A stretch of 64,000 bases of DNA from Candidatus Bathyarchaeia archaeon (GTDB lineage Archaea; Thermoproteota; Bathyarchaeia; Bathyarchaeales; Bathycorpusculaceae): positions 98,594 through 162,593 of the forward strand of contig JBEKTQ010000003.1 of the NCBI GenBank assembly GCA_049515895.1, in the 5' to 3' direction. The translations under genes and the position numbers were made by a program. Positions 32,455-42,213 of the stretch are shown in pieces. Below the pieces are notes generated by a model, which saw nothing but the letters and a program-made list of their open reading frames with translations, was not told where the DNA came from and did no database searches. Within the stretch, counting starts at the first letter, position 1. Each line of letters begins with the position of its first letter.

Positions 32455-33786
32455 ATGAAAAACGATAAGGTAGAAAAGAAATACACGCCTGAAATTCCAG
32501 CGAAAGAAATCGAGGAACTTAGGAACACCATCAAAACTTCTTCTGAAAAAATAATTTCTGAAAACATTGAGAGGATGAAAAAAGCTGATCCTAACAGACC
32601 CCAAGCCATGAATTACTTTGATGAAATCTCAAACCTGTTCGGCAAACGACAACAGGAGCTTTCAGCTGAAAAGGGAAAAGGCAAGAAAATCATTGGTTAC
32701 ATGTGCCTCTTTGCACCAACCGAACTAATTTTGGCAGCAGACGCCATTCCCGTACGAGTCAACTCAGGCTGGTACGACACCTCCAAAATCGGCGACAGAG
32801 TAGTACCAGTGGAGGTTTGCCCAGTTATCCGTTCAACCATAGGTGCAAAAATGATTGGACTCTCACCCTTTCTCGAGCTAAGCGACGCCTTAATCAGTGT
32901 CTTAACCTGCGACGCCATGACAAAACTCGGCGAAATATTAAGCGACTACAAACCCATCTGGGAAATGAACATCCCCAGAGTCAAAGATGCCGCGCATTCC
33001 CTTAGATTCTGGGATGACGAAATAATCAACATGAAAAAACAGCTTGAAAAATTCACAGGCAACAAAATCACCCGAAAAAAACTAAAAGAAGCTATCGAAC
33101 AATCGCAGAAAGCTACCCGGGTTTTCCGCCGCTTGCAGGACCTGCGAAAAGGCAACCCCGTCATTATGGGCAGAGACGCCATGCTTGTAAACCAAGCTTA
33201 CCTGTGGGATGACAAAGAGCGATGGACCCAGAAAGCCACTGCACTGTGTGATGAGCTTGAGAAGCGCGCCCAGAGGAAAGACTGGGTTTGCCCGCCTGAC
33301 ACACCACGGGTTCTGGTAACGGGCACGCCGATGTTTTGGCCTGACAGCTGGAAGGTTCCAAACCTGGTTGAGGAAGCAAACCCGAGGGGAATCATCGTCG
33401 CCGACGAGCTTTGCTCAGGCGAAAGAATCCTCAACGACCCCGTCGGCGTAGATGAATGGACCATGGATGACATGCTTAATGCCATTGGAGAACGTTACCT
33501 CATGGCGTCCACTTGTCCTTGCTTTACTTCCAGCGACGGAAACGAAGACAGGATCAACTGGCTTTTGAACAAGGTCAAGGAATCCAACGTTCAGGGCGTC
33601 ATTTACTATGTGACCCGCGGCTGCATGCTCTACGCGATGGAGTACACCCGAATCAAGAAGGCTCTTGACAAAATAAACGTCCCCATGTACTACCTTGACA
33701 CCGAATACACAAGGGAAGATGTGGGTCAAATGAAAACGCGTGTTGAAGCATTCCTCGAAATGTTAGCCGCACGAGTAGAAATGTAG
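32455..33786 (+). CDS. Double-cubane-cluster (DCCP)-like reductase, HgdB/2-hydroxyacyl-CoA dehydratase family
   Basis: NRPQAMNYFD; Cys84/122/152/320/354/390; RVLVTGTP; GQMKTRVEAFLEML. Confidence 0.8.
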   Translation: MKNDKVEKKYTPEIPAKEIEELRNTIKTSSEKIISENIERMKKADPNRPQAMNYFDEISNLFGKRQQELSAEKGKGKKIIGYMCLFAPTELILAADAIPVRVNSGWYDTSKIGDRVVPVEVCPVIRSTIGAKMIGLSPFLELSDALISVLTCDAMTKLGEILSDYKPIWEMNIPRVKDAAHSLRFWDDEIINMKKQLEKFTGNKITRKKLKEAIEQSQKATRVFRRLQDLRKGNPVIMGRDAMLVNQAYLWDDKERWTQKATALCDELEKRAQRKDWVCPPDTPRVLVTGTPMFWPDSWKVPNLVEEANPRGIIVADELCSGERILNDPVGVDEWTMDDMLNAIGERYLMASTCPCFTSSDGNEDRINWLLNKVKESNVQGVIYYVTRGCMLYAMEYTRIKKALDKINVPMYYLDTEYTREDVGQMKTRVEAFLEMLAARVEM

Positions 33787-33796
33787 GGGCAACCTG

Positions 33797-34582
33797 ATGA
33801 TAACCCTTGGAATGGACCTTGGCACTCAAAGAGTGAAAGCAGTAATCCTCAAAGACAACAACGTCGTTTCAAGGGGACAAGCTTTCTCAGGCTTCGACGC
33901 TACAAAAGCAGCGGAAGAAGCGGTTGCCGAAGCATTAAAAAACGCGAACCTCAAACAAACTGACATTGTTTATTCAGTAGTCACGGGTTCATCTATGGAA
34001 AATGCTCCTCATGCAGACAGCACCATAAGCATGATGGGCGCTGATGCCAAAGCAGGAGTCCACCTTTTCCCTAAAGCCCGGACGATAATTGATGTTGGCG
34101 CTGAGGAAGCAAGAGCAATCAAGTGCGACGAGAAAGCTGTGATGATTGATTTTGTGATTAACGAACGCTGCGCTGCTGGTGCAGGAACATTCATTGAGGC
34201 TATGGCAAGAGCCTTAGAAGTCAAACTAGAGGACATGGGTCCCCTTGCCCTTAAGGCCGAACGTGCAAGCCCCATAAACGCCTCCTGCGTCATATTCGGC
34301 GAATCAGACGTCGTCTCACTAATCCACCGCCAAGAATCCAAACCTGAAATCGCCCGTGCAGTTTTCGACGCAATGGCTGACCGAATCTCATCTATGGTTC
34401 ACAGAATAGGCGTAAACCCCGACGTAGTTCTAATCGGCGGCGTAGCCAAAGATGTCGGTTTTATTGCATCACTAAAAAGAAAACTTGGAGTTGATGTTCT
34501 CATCCCCGATTTTCCAGATTATGCAGGCGCTTTAGGCGCTGCTCTAACCGCGGCAAATCGAGCTCAGGAGGCACACAAATGA
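33797..34582 (+). CDS. ATP-dependent activase, BzdP-like (ASKHA family)
   Basis: GMDLGT, IIDVGAEEARA, NERCAAGAG, CVIFGES. Confidence 0.85.
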   Translation: MITLGMDLGTQRVKAVILKDNNVVSRGQAFSGFDATKAAEEAVAEALKNANLKQTDIVYSVVTGSSMENAPHADSTISMMGADAKAGVHLFPKARTIIDVGAEEARAIKCDEKAVMIDFVINERCAAGAGTFIEAMARALEVKLEDMGPLALKAERASPINASCVIFGESDVVSLIHRQESKPEIARAVFDAMADRISSMVHRIGVNPDVVLIGGVAKDVGFIASLKRKLGVDVLIPDFPDYAGALGAALTAANRAQEAHK

Positions 34583-35490
34583 AGGAACCAAGCAACGTCA
34601 AAGATGAACTTGAGTTTTGGCGTTGGCGAGAATACAACCGCGTTGTTGAAGGCAAGAAGTGGACAAGCAAAGACATCATTACGGCTGGCGTCGACGTCGG
34701 CTCCGTCGGGTCCAAAGCGGCCATAATGGTTAATGGTGAAGCTTACTCTTGGGGGATAACGCGAACGGGCGCCAACAGCCCCGAGAGCGCAACCAAAGTC
34801 TTAGGCTTAGCGCTTCTGGGAACTGGCTTGAAAACCAGCGACCTCAAATACATCGTTGGAACGGGGTACGGACGAGTTAACGTTCCCATGGCGAACAAAG
34901 CAATAACAGAAATTGCTTGCCACGCGAAAGGAGCAAACTACATCTGGGGACCTATTGTACGAACCGTGCTTGACGTAGGCGGACAAGACATCAAAGCCAT
35001 CCGCAGCGACGAAACAGGCCGAGTGGTCTCCTTCCTAATGAATGACAAATGCGCCGCTGGGACAGGCCGAGGCATGGAAGTCTTCGCAGATTTAATGAAG
35101 ATTCCCATTGAAGAAATCGGAGCCATATCGCTTAAAGTGGACGAGGAACCGCCGCCGGTAAGCTGCACTTGCGTGGCCTTCGCAAAAACCGAAGCAATCG
35201 GACTGCTACGCAAAGGCTGGTCGAAAGAAAAGGTGTTAGCTGCCTACACGCGGGCTATGGCGGTACGGATGGCTAATCTGATAACCAGAGTAGGCTTGGA
35301 AAAAGAACTCGTCATCACGGGGGGGCAATCCAAAAACATCGGAATCGTCAGCCGAATAGAAGTTGTCCTTGGCGTAAAGTGTTTGCCTATGCCTAACTGG
35401 CGAGAAAAAGGCTTAGACCCAATGGTCGCAGGAGCCTTCGGCGCGGCACTCTTTGGAAAAGCGCTTTACGAGAAGGCACAGAAAACTTAG
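34579..35490 (+). CDS. ATP-dependent activase, BzdQ-like
   Basis: EFWRW N-terminal extension, ITAGVDVGSV, TGYGRVNVP, DVGGQD, MNDKCAAGTGRG. Confidence 0.85.
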   Translation: MKEPSNVKDELEFWRWREYNRVVEGKKWTSKDIITAGVDVGSVGSKAAIMVNGEAYSWGITRTGANSPESATKVLGLALLGTGLKTSDLKYIVGTGYGRVNVPMANKAITEIACHAKGANYIWGPIVRTVLDVGGQDIKAIRSDETGRVVSFLMNDKCAAGTGRGMEVFADLMKIPIEEIGAISLKVDEEPPPVSCTCVAFAKTEAIGLLRKGWSKEKVLAAYTRAMAVRMANLITRVGLEKELVITGGQSKNIGIVSRIEVVLGVKCLPMPNWREKGLDPMVAGAFGAALFGKALYEKAQKT

Positions 35491-35506
35491 AAGGAGGCGA
35501 ACAGCT

Positions 35507-35794
35507 GTTATCACGCATTATGGCTACAGTGATGGGTCAGGCGAATACTACATAACCATCGACACTGACAAATGCACAGGCTGTGGTAAATGCGTCAAAA
35601 CGTGTCCTCAATCAGCGCTTCAACTGGAAACAATTTTCATAGACCTTGAAGACAAGACCGTGGCATCAGTGACGGAGGAACACCGCAAGAAAATAAAGTA
35701 CACTTGCGCCCCATGCAAACCCGAAATCAACAACGCCCCTTGCAAGCTGGCATGCGAAAACAAAGCTATTAGCTGCACATGGAGTACGAAGTAA
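35507..35794 (+). CDS. 2[4Fe-4S] ferredoxin, BzdM-like (start codon uncertain)
   Basis: HYGYSDGSGEYYITIDTDKCTGCGKCVKTCP and CAPC...CKLAC. RBS AGGAGG at 35492-97 precedes GTT/ATC rather than ATG. Confidence 0.8.
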   Translation, partial: VITHYGYSDGSGEYYITIDTDKCTGCGKCVKTCPQSALQLETIFIDLEDKTVASVTEEHRKKIKYTCAPCKPEINNAPCKLACENKAISCTWSTK

Positions 35795-35888
35795 AAATAA
35801 TTCAAAATGCTATTCATCTTTGGTGCATATTCCTTTTTAACTTCTGACACAGGTCGATTATCAAAGAAGAAGGCAAAGAGGCGAAAAG

Positions 35889-36266
35889 ATGATGGCGACT
35901 CCTACAAAGAGAAGCAACTTAACCACCGCTGCATTTGCGTTATCTCTGGTCGCAGCTATACTAGTGCTAATCCAAGGTTTAGCTAGACTTGGTCAAGGCA
36001 GAACCTTAGCGCGCACAGGAGTAACCGATAACATTACCGGCAAAATCCTTGCAGGTGCAGGTCTCTACAATCTCGGCGCAATTGCATTATTGTTTGGTGC
36101 CCTAATTTTGGTGGGCGCTATCCTTATGTACAAAACATCAATGACACTGCCAGCAGCGTTAGTCGTACTGCTATTCTCAATACTTAGTATCGTAGCGGGA
36201 GGACTAGGCGCATTAGGATTTATTATCGGAATAATCGGCAGCATTCTGGCACTGGCGAACAAATAA
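35889..36266 (+). CDS. Small polytopic membrane protein
   Basis: 3-4 hydrophobic helices; ends GFIIGIIGSILAL. Confidence 0.65.
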   Translation: MMATPTKRSNLTTAAFALSLVAAILVLIQGLARLGQGRTLARTGVTDNITGKILAGAGLYNLGAIALLFGALILVGAILMYKTSMTLPAALVVLLFSILSIVAGGLGALGFIIGIIGSILALANK

Positions 36267-36460
36267 CTTGGCTTCCTAATAATTCCAATTTCTTTTGACC
36301 TATTTGTTTCCTTGTAATCAATTATCCCTGAAGATGAACTTTCCCGCAAAGAATGTATTGGTTCTATTTCAACGTCTTTATTTTGGATACATACGACCCT
36401 TTCATAAGATAGTTAAATGCTGTTCACTAATCTGTGCTGTATAATCTTGGAGGAAAATGT

Positions 36461-36640
36461 ATGAAATCTATTGGGGAAAAAGACAGAAAGGAACTAGAAG
36501 CCAAACTGGCAAGTGCGTTTCAAGAAAATATCGAACAATTGTCGACAGAATTGCGTGAAATATTGCTAGACGACATGGTCACAGCATTCGAAAATAGATT
36601 AAATGTGTTAAACAGTGCGAACATAAAAGCCCAGAATTAA
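36461..36640 (+). CDS. Small hypothetical helical protein
   Basis: GGAGG RBS; ILLDDMVTAFENRL. Confidence 0.65.
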   Translation: MKSIGEKDRKELEAKLASAFQENIEQLSTELREILLDDMVTAFENRLNVLNSANIKAQN

Positions 36641-36728
36641 CACCCAACAATGGACTCTAATACTGATTATTAATACATAAATGATTTATATACAAAGCGC
36701 TGACTAACTAAAAAAAGAGGAGTTTAAA

Positions 36729-37022
36729 GTGCGTCGATCTAAACTGGAAATGTATGTGGACATCCTTTCGGTTCTGGCTCACAGGGGACCGCTGAAACTG
36801 ACTCATGTAATGTATAAGGCAAATGTCAACTGCAGCGTCCTCAAAGAATACCTTGATTTTCTCTTAAAGCAAGGCCTTGTTGAAGAACGCACCGTGGGTA
36901 AACGTCGGCTTGTTTACGCGGTTACGCAACGGGGCATAACAGTTTTGAAATACTTCAAGGAACTCAAGCAAGTTCTGCCTATAGTAGAGGAAGCCAGAAA
37001 CCAGGCGCCAATTCCCTACTAA
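36729..37022 (+). CDS. ArnR1-like (HTH_45) winged-helix regulator
   Basis: MRRSKLEMYVDIL...THVMYKANVN...YAVTQRG. Confidence 0.85.
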   Translation: MRRSKLEMYVDILSVLAHRGPLKLTHVMYKANVNCSVLKEYLDFLLKQGLVEERTVGKRRLVYAVTQRGITVLKYFKELKQVLPIVEEARNQAPIPY

Positions 37023-37199
37023 ACCCCCAATTATTAATTTAAAGTAATTTTTGTTAAACCTTTAATTCGCATTCGATTGTTTTATTGTTTTTAATTGATG
37101 GCTTGTTTAGATTCGCCGTTTTATGGTAGTGATTTTATTTGTTTCAAATATGTACTGCTATTTCGTAATACTTAATAAACAGTTAAGGGAACTGTAGAT

Positions 37200-37607
37200 G
37201 TGCAAAACAAGAGGGAGGGTCTTGGTATTAAGGATCAAATAACAACCAAAGGGCCGATAGCGATTCTTGAGAAAATCGAGGAAAGCCTCGAAAGGCTAAA
37301 TGAGAAAATGGAAGTAATCATTGAGATTCAGAAAAATAGTGGCGACATTCAGAAGACATCCGCTATGTTGCCTGATGCATCTTTAGACGTTATGACTCTT
37401 CTTTCGATGCCAGATCATCTTCGCAAGACAGCCATGTCGATTTGCAGGTGCGGAAAAGCCACTGCAGAGGAGATTGCTGGGTCGACGAGACGTGCGAGGG
37501 CGGTTGAGAGTGCATATCTTAATCAGCTTGTCATAATGGGTTATCTTAAGAAAGAGCGGAAAGGCAGGAAAGCATACTTTTTCGTTGATTCTGAAACAAG
37601 GACTTGA
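37200..37607 (+). CDS. Coiled-coil plus winged-helix protein
   Basis: ATAEEIA...RAVESAYLNQLV.MGYL.KERKGRKAYF; overlaps the next gene. Confidence 0.7.
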   Translation: MQNKREGLGIKDQITTKGPIAILEKIEESLERLNEKMEVIIEIQKNSGDIQKTSAMLPDASLDVMTLLSMPDHLRKTAMSICRCGKATAEEIAGSTRRARAVESAYLNQLVIMGYLKKERKGRKAYFFVDSETRT

Positions 37608-38392
37608 GTAAAATGAGCAAAATTATTGCGATTCATTCCTATAAAGGCGGAACTGGAAAAACACTTTTGTCAGTGAATCTAGCAGCAACGCTTGCCAAGG
37701 CCGGCAAGAAAGTTTGCGTTTTTGACCTGGACTTCCGTGCACCGAGCCTTTTTGCGATTTTGAAAGCTCAAGGGGTGGAGCACTGGTTTAATGATTACCT
37801 AAACAACACTGCTGACATAGGCAATGTGCTTTTGGATTTAAGCGGCAGGCTTTCTGGGAAGGGCAAGTTCTACGCTTCCCTTGCTAACCCTGCGACCGAA
37901 GCGATCAGAGACATGTCGTCCAAGGATAGAAAATGGGAAATGCGTGCATTAGGAAGATTGCTTGCACTTAAAGAAACATTGCTCGCCAGTCAAAAGTTTG
38001 ATTACTTAATCTTTGACACAAGCCCAGGACTGCAGTACTCGTCAATAAACGCTATCGTCGCCGCCGACTACGTGATTGTAGCAACCACAGGTGACCGCTC
38101 AGACGTAGACGGAACCAAACGCATGCTTATCGAGCTGTACAACCTCTTTGAAAAGAAGACAGGTTTGGTACTCAACAAAGTGCTTGACGCATCTGCCACA
38201 GCGAAGAAAGCTGAAATGAGCGCCAAAGTGAAAGATGCCTATCAGGTGCCTCTGCTGGGACTAGTGCCTTGTTTCTGCGAGGTACTCAGAGCGGAAGGCA
38301 ACTTCATCTTCGCCGAGGACAAACCCGACCATCCTTTCACCAAGATACTTGCGGAGATGGCGAGGAAGATCGAAAACGACCAGATTGAATGA
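37604..38392 (+). CDS. MinD/ParA-family ATPase
   Basis: Deviant Walker A YKGGTGKT, DLDFRAP, DTSPG, LNK. Confidence 0.9.
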   Translation: MSKMSKIIAIHSYKGGTGKTLLSVNLAATLAKAGKKVCVFDLDFRAPSLFAILKAQGVEHWFNDYLNNTADIGNVLLDLSGRLSGKGKFYASLANPATEAIRDMSSKDRKWEMRALGRLLALKETLLASQKFDYLIFDTSPGLQYSSINAIVAADYVIVATTGDRSDVDGTKRMLIELYNLFEKKTGLVLNKVLDASATAKKAEMSAKVKDAYQVPLLGLVPCFCEVLRAEGNFIFAEDKPDHPFTKILAEMARKIENDQIE

Positions 38393-38571
38393 TTTCAACC
38401 TTCAGTCGCCTTGTCCCTTTTCTAACCCCAGAAATTTAATAAAAGTATCTTTTTGAACATACAACGGACGTTTTGCAAGTGCTTAACCGCTCAGAATGCT
38501 ACTCATCCGGCAATTTCACTGCTCTTTTGTGTACATCCCGACATCTTGGAATCGGCACTTTTTAAACACGC

Positions 38572-38835
38572 CTATGCATAGACTTTCAATTCACCAGGTT
38601 TTGCTCTAGATCCATAGATCAAAAGGGACCCTTTGTTTTGATTCAACTTTAACCCATATTTCCTTACGAGGGTCTCTACATCTACTAGGTTTCTTCCATC
38701 AAGAGCCACATTTATTCTAAGCTCGAAATTTTTTCCGGAAAACGTATTCGGCGACAACGAAACACCGCTCACGAAAGCATCGGGTATACACTCACAAATC
38801 TCTCTCAAAAGTTCGATTGCCTCGCGCCTCTGCAT
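38572..38835 (-). CDS. Hypothetical protein
   Basis: MQRREAIELLREICEC..., 87 aa. Confidence 0.6.
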   Translation of the reverse strand: MQRREAIELLREICECIPDAFVSGVSLSPNTFSGKNFELRINVALDGRNLVDVETLVRKYGLKLNQNKGSLLIYGSRAKPGELKVYA

Positions 38836-39188
38836 GACGCTACCACGCAAATCACGTTGTATAGCTGCTTCAGCTTAAGACAATTACTGTCAAGCACAAG
38901 TAAAAAGCCGCATGCAGAAGCCTCTGAACCAACATATTCTTAGACAAAACAGCATGGCAAGCTCGGTTTGAAAAAGAGTCAACATGTTTTCGGGGCAAAG
39001 TTAATTGAAAAATTAAAATTAGGCAGATTTCGTGGGTCCTATTCTACAAAAAAACGTCTGAACACGCAGGCATTTTCAATAGGCGTAGGAAACGGAGACT
39101 TGACTTTTTAAGCGCCAAGATTGGTTTCCTGCCCATTGAGTCCGTATGTTTTTTAACTTGCTTAGTAATTTAGGGATGGAGAAATCAT

Positions 39189-39821
39189 TTGTTGGATAGA
39201 TCTGCAGTTATTTTAGCCATTGATTCTCAGGGGATGTTCAGCGAAGACAAGGCGCTTTTGAAACTTGACAATAAGCCCCTGCTAAATCATGTAGTTGATG
39301 CTGTTAAGGGCCTTGTCGGTGAAGTGTTAGTGGTTACTGGTTCAAAGGAGCAAGCAGACTCTTACGCTAAGATTGTTTCGTCGACTAACGTTCAATTTGC
39401 CATCAGCGCCTTTGAGACGCAAGGGTCTTTAGCTGCCGCCTTAACGGGCTTTGAGGCTGCGAAAAGTAATTATTCGTTGCTGTTGCCTTTTGACGCGCCT
39501 TTTGTTTCCAAAGAAGTTGTGTCCTTGCTTTTTGACTTGTCTGCAGGTAAATCAGCGGTTATTCCAAGGTGGCCAAGCAATGATTGTGAGCCGTTGCAAG
39601 CGGTTTATCATACTGGGCAAGCATCGGAAGCTGCAAGGAAGGCGTTGGCGGCTGGCGAAGTTGACGTTGAAGCAATAATAGCTTGCTTGCGTGGGGTACG
39701 TTACGTTTCAACGCTGGTCATCGAGCAGCTGGACCCTGATTTCCGAAGTTTCTTCAGGGTGAACACGCCGCTCGATTTGAAGAAAGCAGCCCTAATGAAA
39801 AAGCCCAAAAAACACGCCTAG
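39189..39821 (+). CDS. MobA-like NTP transferase with a degenerate Gly-rich loop
   Basis: SAVILA...DKALL, DAPF, EPLQAVY, NTPLDL; lacks GGxSxRMG. Confidence 0.75.
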   Translation: MLDRSAVILAIDSQGMFSEDKALLKLDNKPLLNHVVDAVKGLVGEVLVVTGSKEQADSYAKIVSSTNVQFAISAFETQGSLAAALTGFEAAKSNYSLLLPFDAPFVSKEVVSLLFDLSAGKSAVIPRWPSNDCEPLQAVYHTGQASEAARKALAAGEVDVEAIIACLRGVRYVSTLVIEQLDPDFRSFFRVNTPLDLKKAALMKKPKKHA

Positions 39822-39886
39822 ATTGTTGTGGACCCATGGTGAGAATACACCTTGAAGCTGTTTGGCATGAGGGTGCCTACACTTTT

Positions 39887-40252
39887 TCAGAGGCGTTCTG
39901 TCCGGTTTGCCTCGGATTCTTTCATGTACCGTTTGACAGCGTCTATTTTGTCATTCATGCTTCTCGGTTTGTCTCTTCGGTCATCAATCTTGAGGATTGA
40001 TGAAACTCTTTTTGCGCCCATGCCGGCGACAGCTTCGTGAGCTTTGCGGACTGCTTCAAATATTGTGTCTAGGTCGTTTGCAGCGAGAATTGTGCCCATA
40101 GATGTCACTTCAAAATCCAGTCCTTCTACATTACGGAACGCCAAAATAGCCGCTGCCACATAACGGCCAACACTTGTTTCACCCGAGCCTACGGGCACGA
40201 TACTGAATTCAGCCATGACAAGGTAGTTCTTGACCAAACTGGGCACGCTCAA
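39887..40252 (-). CDS. MTH1187/YkoF thiamine-binding family protein
   Basis: AEFSIVPVG..TSVGRYVA, MGT, KIDDRRDK. Confidence 0.88.
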   Translation of the reverse strand: MSVPSLVKNYLVMAEFSIVPVGSGETSVGRYVAAAILAFRNVEGLDFEVTSMGTILAANDLDTIFEAVRKAHEAVAGMGAKRVSSILKIDDRRDKPRSMNDKIDAVKRYMKESEANRTERL

Positions 40253-40287
40253 GCTTCAACTATTTTTAGCTTGCCATATTAAGTTTC

Positions 40288-41028
40288 TTAACCGAGACCC
40301 TGAGTTGAAGCTGGGCCTTGCATATTTTTGGGTTTTAGGTCTTGACTCCTTTTTGTTTTTGGTTTGCGTTTCAAAGTCAGAAGCGCAGTCACCAAAATAC
40401 AGAAAATAAGCAAGAACGCCAACGCAAGCGCCGTGTACGTTAATCCGATTTTGCTGGGAAGAACCTCGTAGATGCCGACTAACCCGAATACGATAAATAT
40501 TGTTGCTGATATCCACTTGATGGTTTTTTCTGGAATATGTTTGCCTAAGACGACGCCGACGACTATTCCAGCTCCGTCTGCGACCAGCATGCCCAGCACT
40601 GCTCCAATCAGGACGGCAAGGGCGCTTTGGTATTCAGCGGCTAAACTGATTGTGGTAAGCTGGGTTTTGTCTCCGAATTCCGCGATGAAGAAGGCTGCTG
40701 CGACCGTTCCGACGACTCCGAAGCGGGACGGCTTGGGGTTTTCCTCTTTGGCCTTTTCAGGTTTCAGAGTCCAAAGCCCGAAGCCGATGAAGGACAGCGA
40801 TGCCGCTAACGAAATCACTTCCATTGGCAAGACTGTGGTGATGAGTTGTCCGACGGCCACCATGATTGCAAAATTCGCCATTGTCGCCAAAAAGATTGCG
40901 AAGAGAACCTTGTAAGGGTTATATTTAGCGGCGAAGGACATGGCTATGAACTGGGTTTTGTCGCCCATTTCAGCTACAACGATGAGTGCGAAGGAAGCGG
41001 TAAAGGCTGCAACGCTAAACGCCAACAA
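40288..41028 (-). CDS. TMEM165/GDT1 (UPF0016) cation transporter
   Basis: AEMGDKTQ and AEFGDKTQ motifs. Confidence 0.92.
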   Translation of the reverse strand: MLAFSVAAFTASFALIVVAEMGDKTQFIAMSFAAKYNPYKVLFAIFLATMANFAIMVAVGQLITTVLPMEVISLAASLSFIGFGLWTLKPEKAKEENPKPSRFGVVGTVAAAFFIAEFGDKTQLTTISLAAEYQSALAVLIGAVLGMLVADGAGIVVGVVLGKHIPEKTIKWISATIFIVFGLVGIYEVLPSKIGLTYTALALAFLLIFCILVTALLTLKRKPKTKRSQDLKPKNMQGPASTQGLG

Positions 41029-41105
41029 CGTGTTTCATCATTTACCATGTTTTGATGGGTTTATTTTTCTTCGCCTATTTATTTGCTTTCCACCCCAAGA
41101 GCAGA

Positions 41106-42110
41106 CTACAATGGAGGTTTAGCGATGTTTTGGCTGTTGAGTGTCTTCATCCACTTTTTAAACTCGTCCGACGGCGGAAAATCTTGGTAAAGCTGCTTGC
41201 GCTTGGACTCTAAGAACACGTTTTCTTCCCCCGCGTACTCTGCCGCCGTCATAACGCTGTGCCCCGCCGCCGAAGCCTGCTCGAAAACCCCCTTTAACCT
41301 GCTCATCCATGCCTCATCCCTCAAAGCGTGATGCTCAACAATCGTCACAGGCACCGTGGCGACTATGCTACCGAGATTCCTAAGAGCCATCTCCAACTGC
41401 GACGTCTCAACTTTGGAGCCTTCTAAGTAAAGCGGCGGTCCACCAAGCATTATCACCGTTGGCTCAGCATTCAAAATCGCATCAAGTGTGATCCGAGTCA
41501 TTGGTCCCTGCACATCAGGCGCAAACATGAACCGTTCATCCGCAAACTCGACAACCGCCATGACAACCCAGCCCAGCCCCGAATTTTGTGAGCCATGGGC
41601 AACAGGTTCAGAAAAACGCAGCAGCGTTTTCCCATAACTGAAAACTTTACCGTCAACGGCCACCAATGCCTTGGCGTGTCTACCGCCTGTGAGCTGGAAC
41701 ATCCAAGCCCGATGCCTCTGGCTGGGGTTAATTTGATCCCTCGGGTTCTTGGCAAGCACGGTTTTGCCTTGGTAGATTTGCTGGGCTGTCTCGTTTGCTT
41801 CTGTCCAATTAACCACCCAGTCCTCGAAAGATGGCGTGTGATGGTCGAAGTGGTAGTGGCTAATAGTCACTATCTCAGTCCTGCCAGCTGCCTCAGCAAT
41901 TTTTGCGCGCATTTTGCCGATTTTTCGAAACTCAGATGGGTGCGGCGGCAAACCAAAACGCCAAGGACAAAGCGATACCCCAGCGTCAAAAAGCACCGAG
42001 ACGTCAGGCGTCTCCACAAGCGTACACATTGACCGAACCCCAAAGCTTTCTGCCGCCAACGGAGTAACCCTGATGCTGCTCAACGGGCTGCTCACTTTCA
42101 GTTGCGTCAT
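41106..42110 (-). CDS. UPF0282 MBL-fold metallo-hydrolase
   Basis: AAESFGVRSM, SHYHFDH, PDVQGP, GGPPLYL, EHHALRD. Confidence 0.85.
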   Translation of the reverse strand: MTQLKVSSPLSSIRVTPLAAESFGVRSMCTLVETPDVSVLFDAGVSLCPWRFGLPPHPSEFRKIGKMRAKIAEAAGRTEIVTISHYHFDHHTPSFEDWVVNWTEANETAQQIYQGKTVLAKNPRDQINPSQRHRAWMFQLTGGRHAKALVAVDGKVFSYGKTLLRFSEPVAHGSQNSGLGWVVMAVVEFADERFMFAPDVQGPMTRITLDAILNAEPTVIMLGGPPLYLEGSKVETSQLEMALRNLGSIVATVPVTIVEHHALRDEAWMSRLKGVFEQASAAGHSVMTAAEYAGEENVFLESKRKQLYQDFPPSDEFKKWMKTLNSQNIAKPPL

Positions 42111-42213
42111 ACAATGTCACGCCGAGAAATCTTGCTAGTTGGCTATGCGCGCGAAGTAAAATGGATTGCGTTCTTTGGCATTTGCGCGCTACTCTTGCAA
42201 GTTAAGTTGCAGA

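Noticed and set aside
32455-35794. Complete bzd-type benzoyl-CoA reductase
   Set aside because: Only one HgdB-family subunit is present and it looks DCCP-like. No BzdN/O pair or ring-cleavage genes occur in the window.
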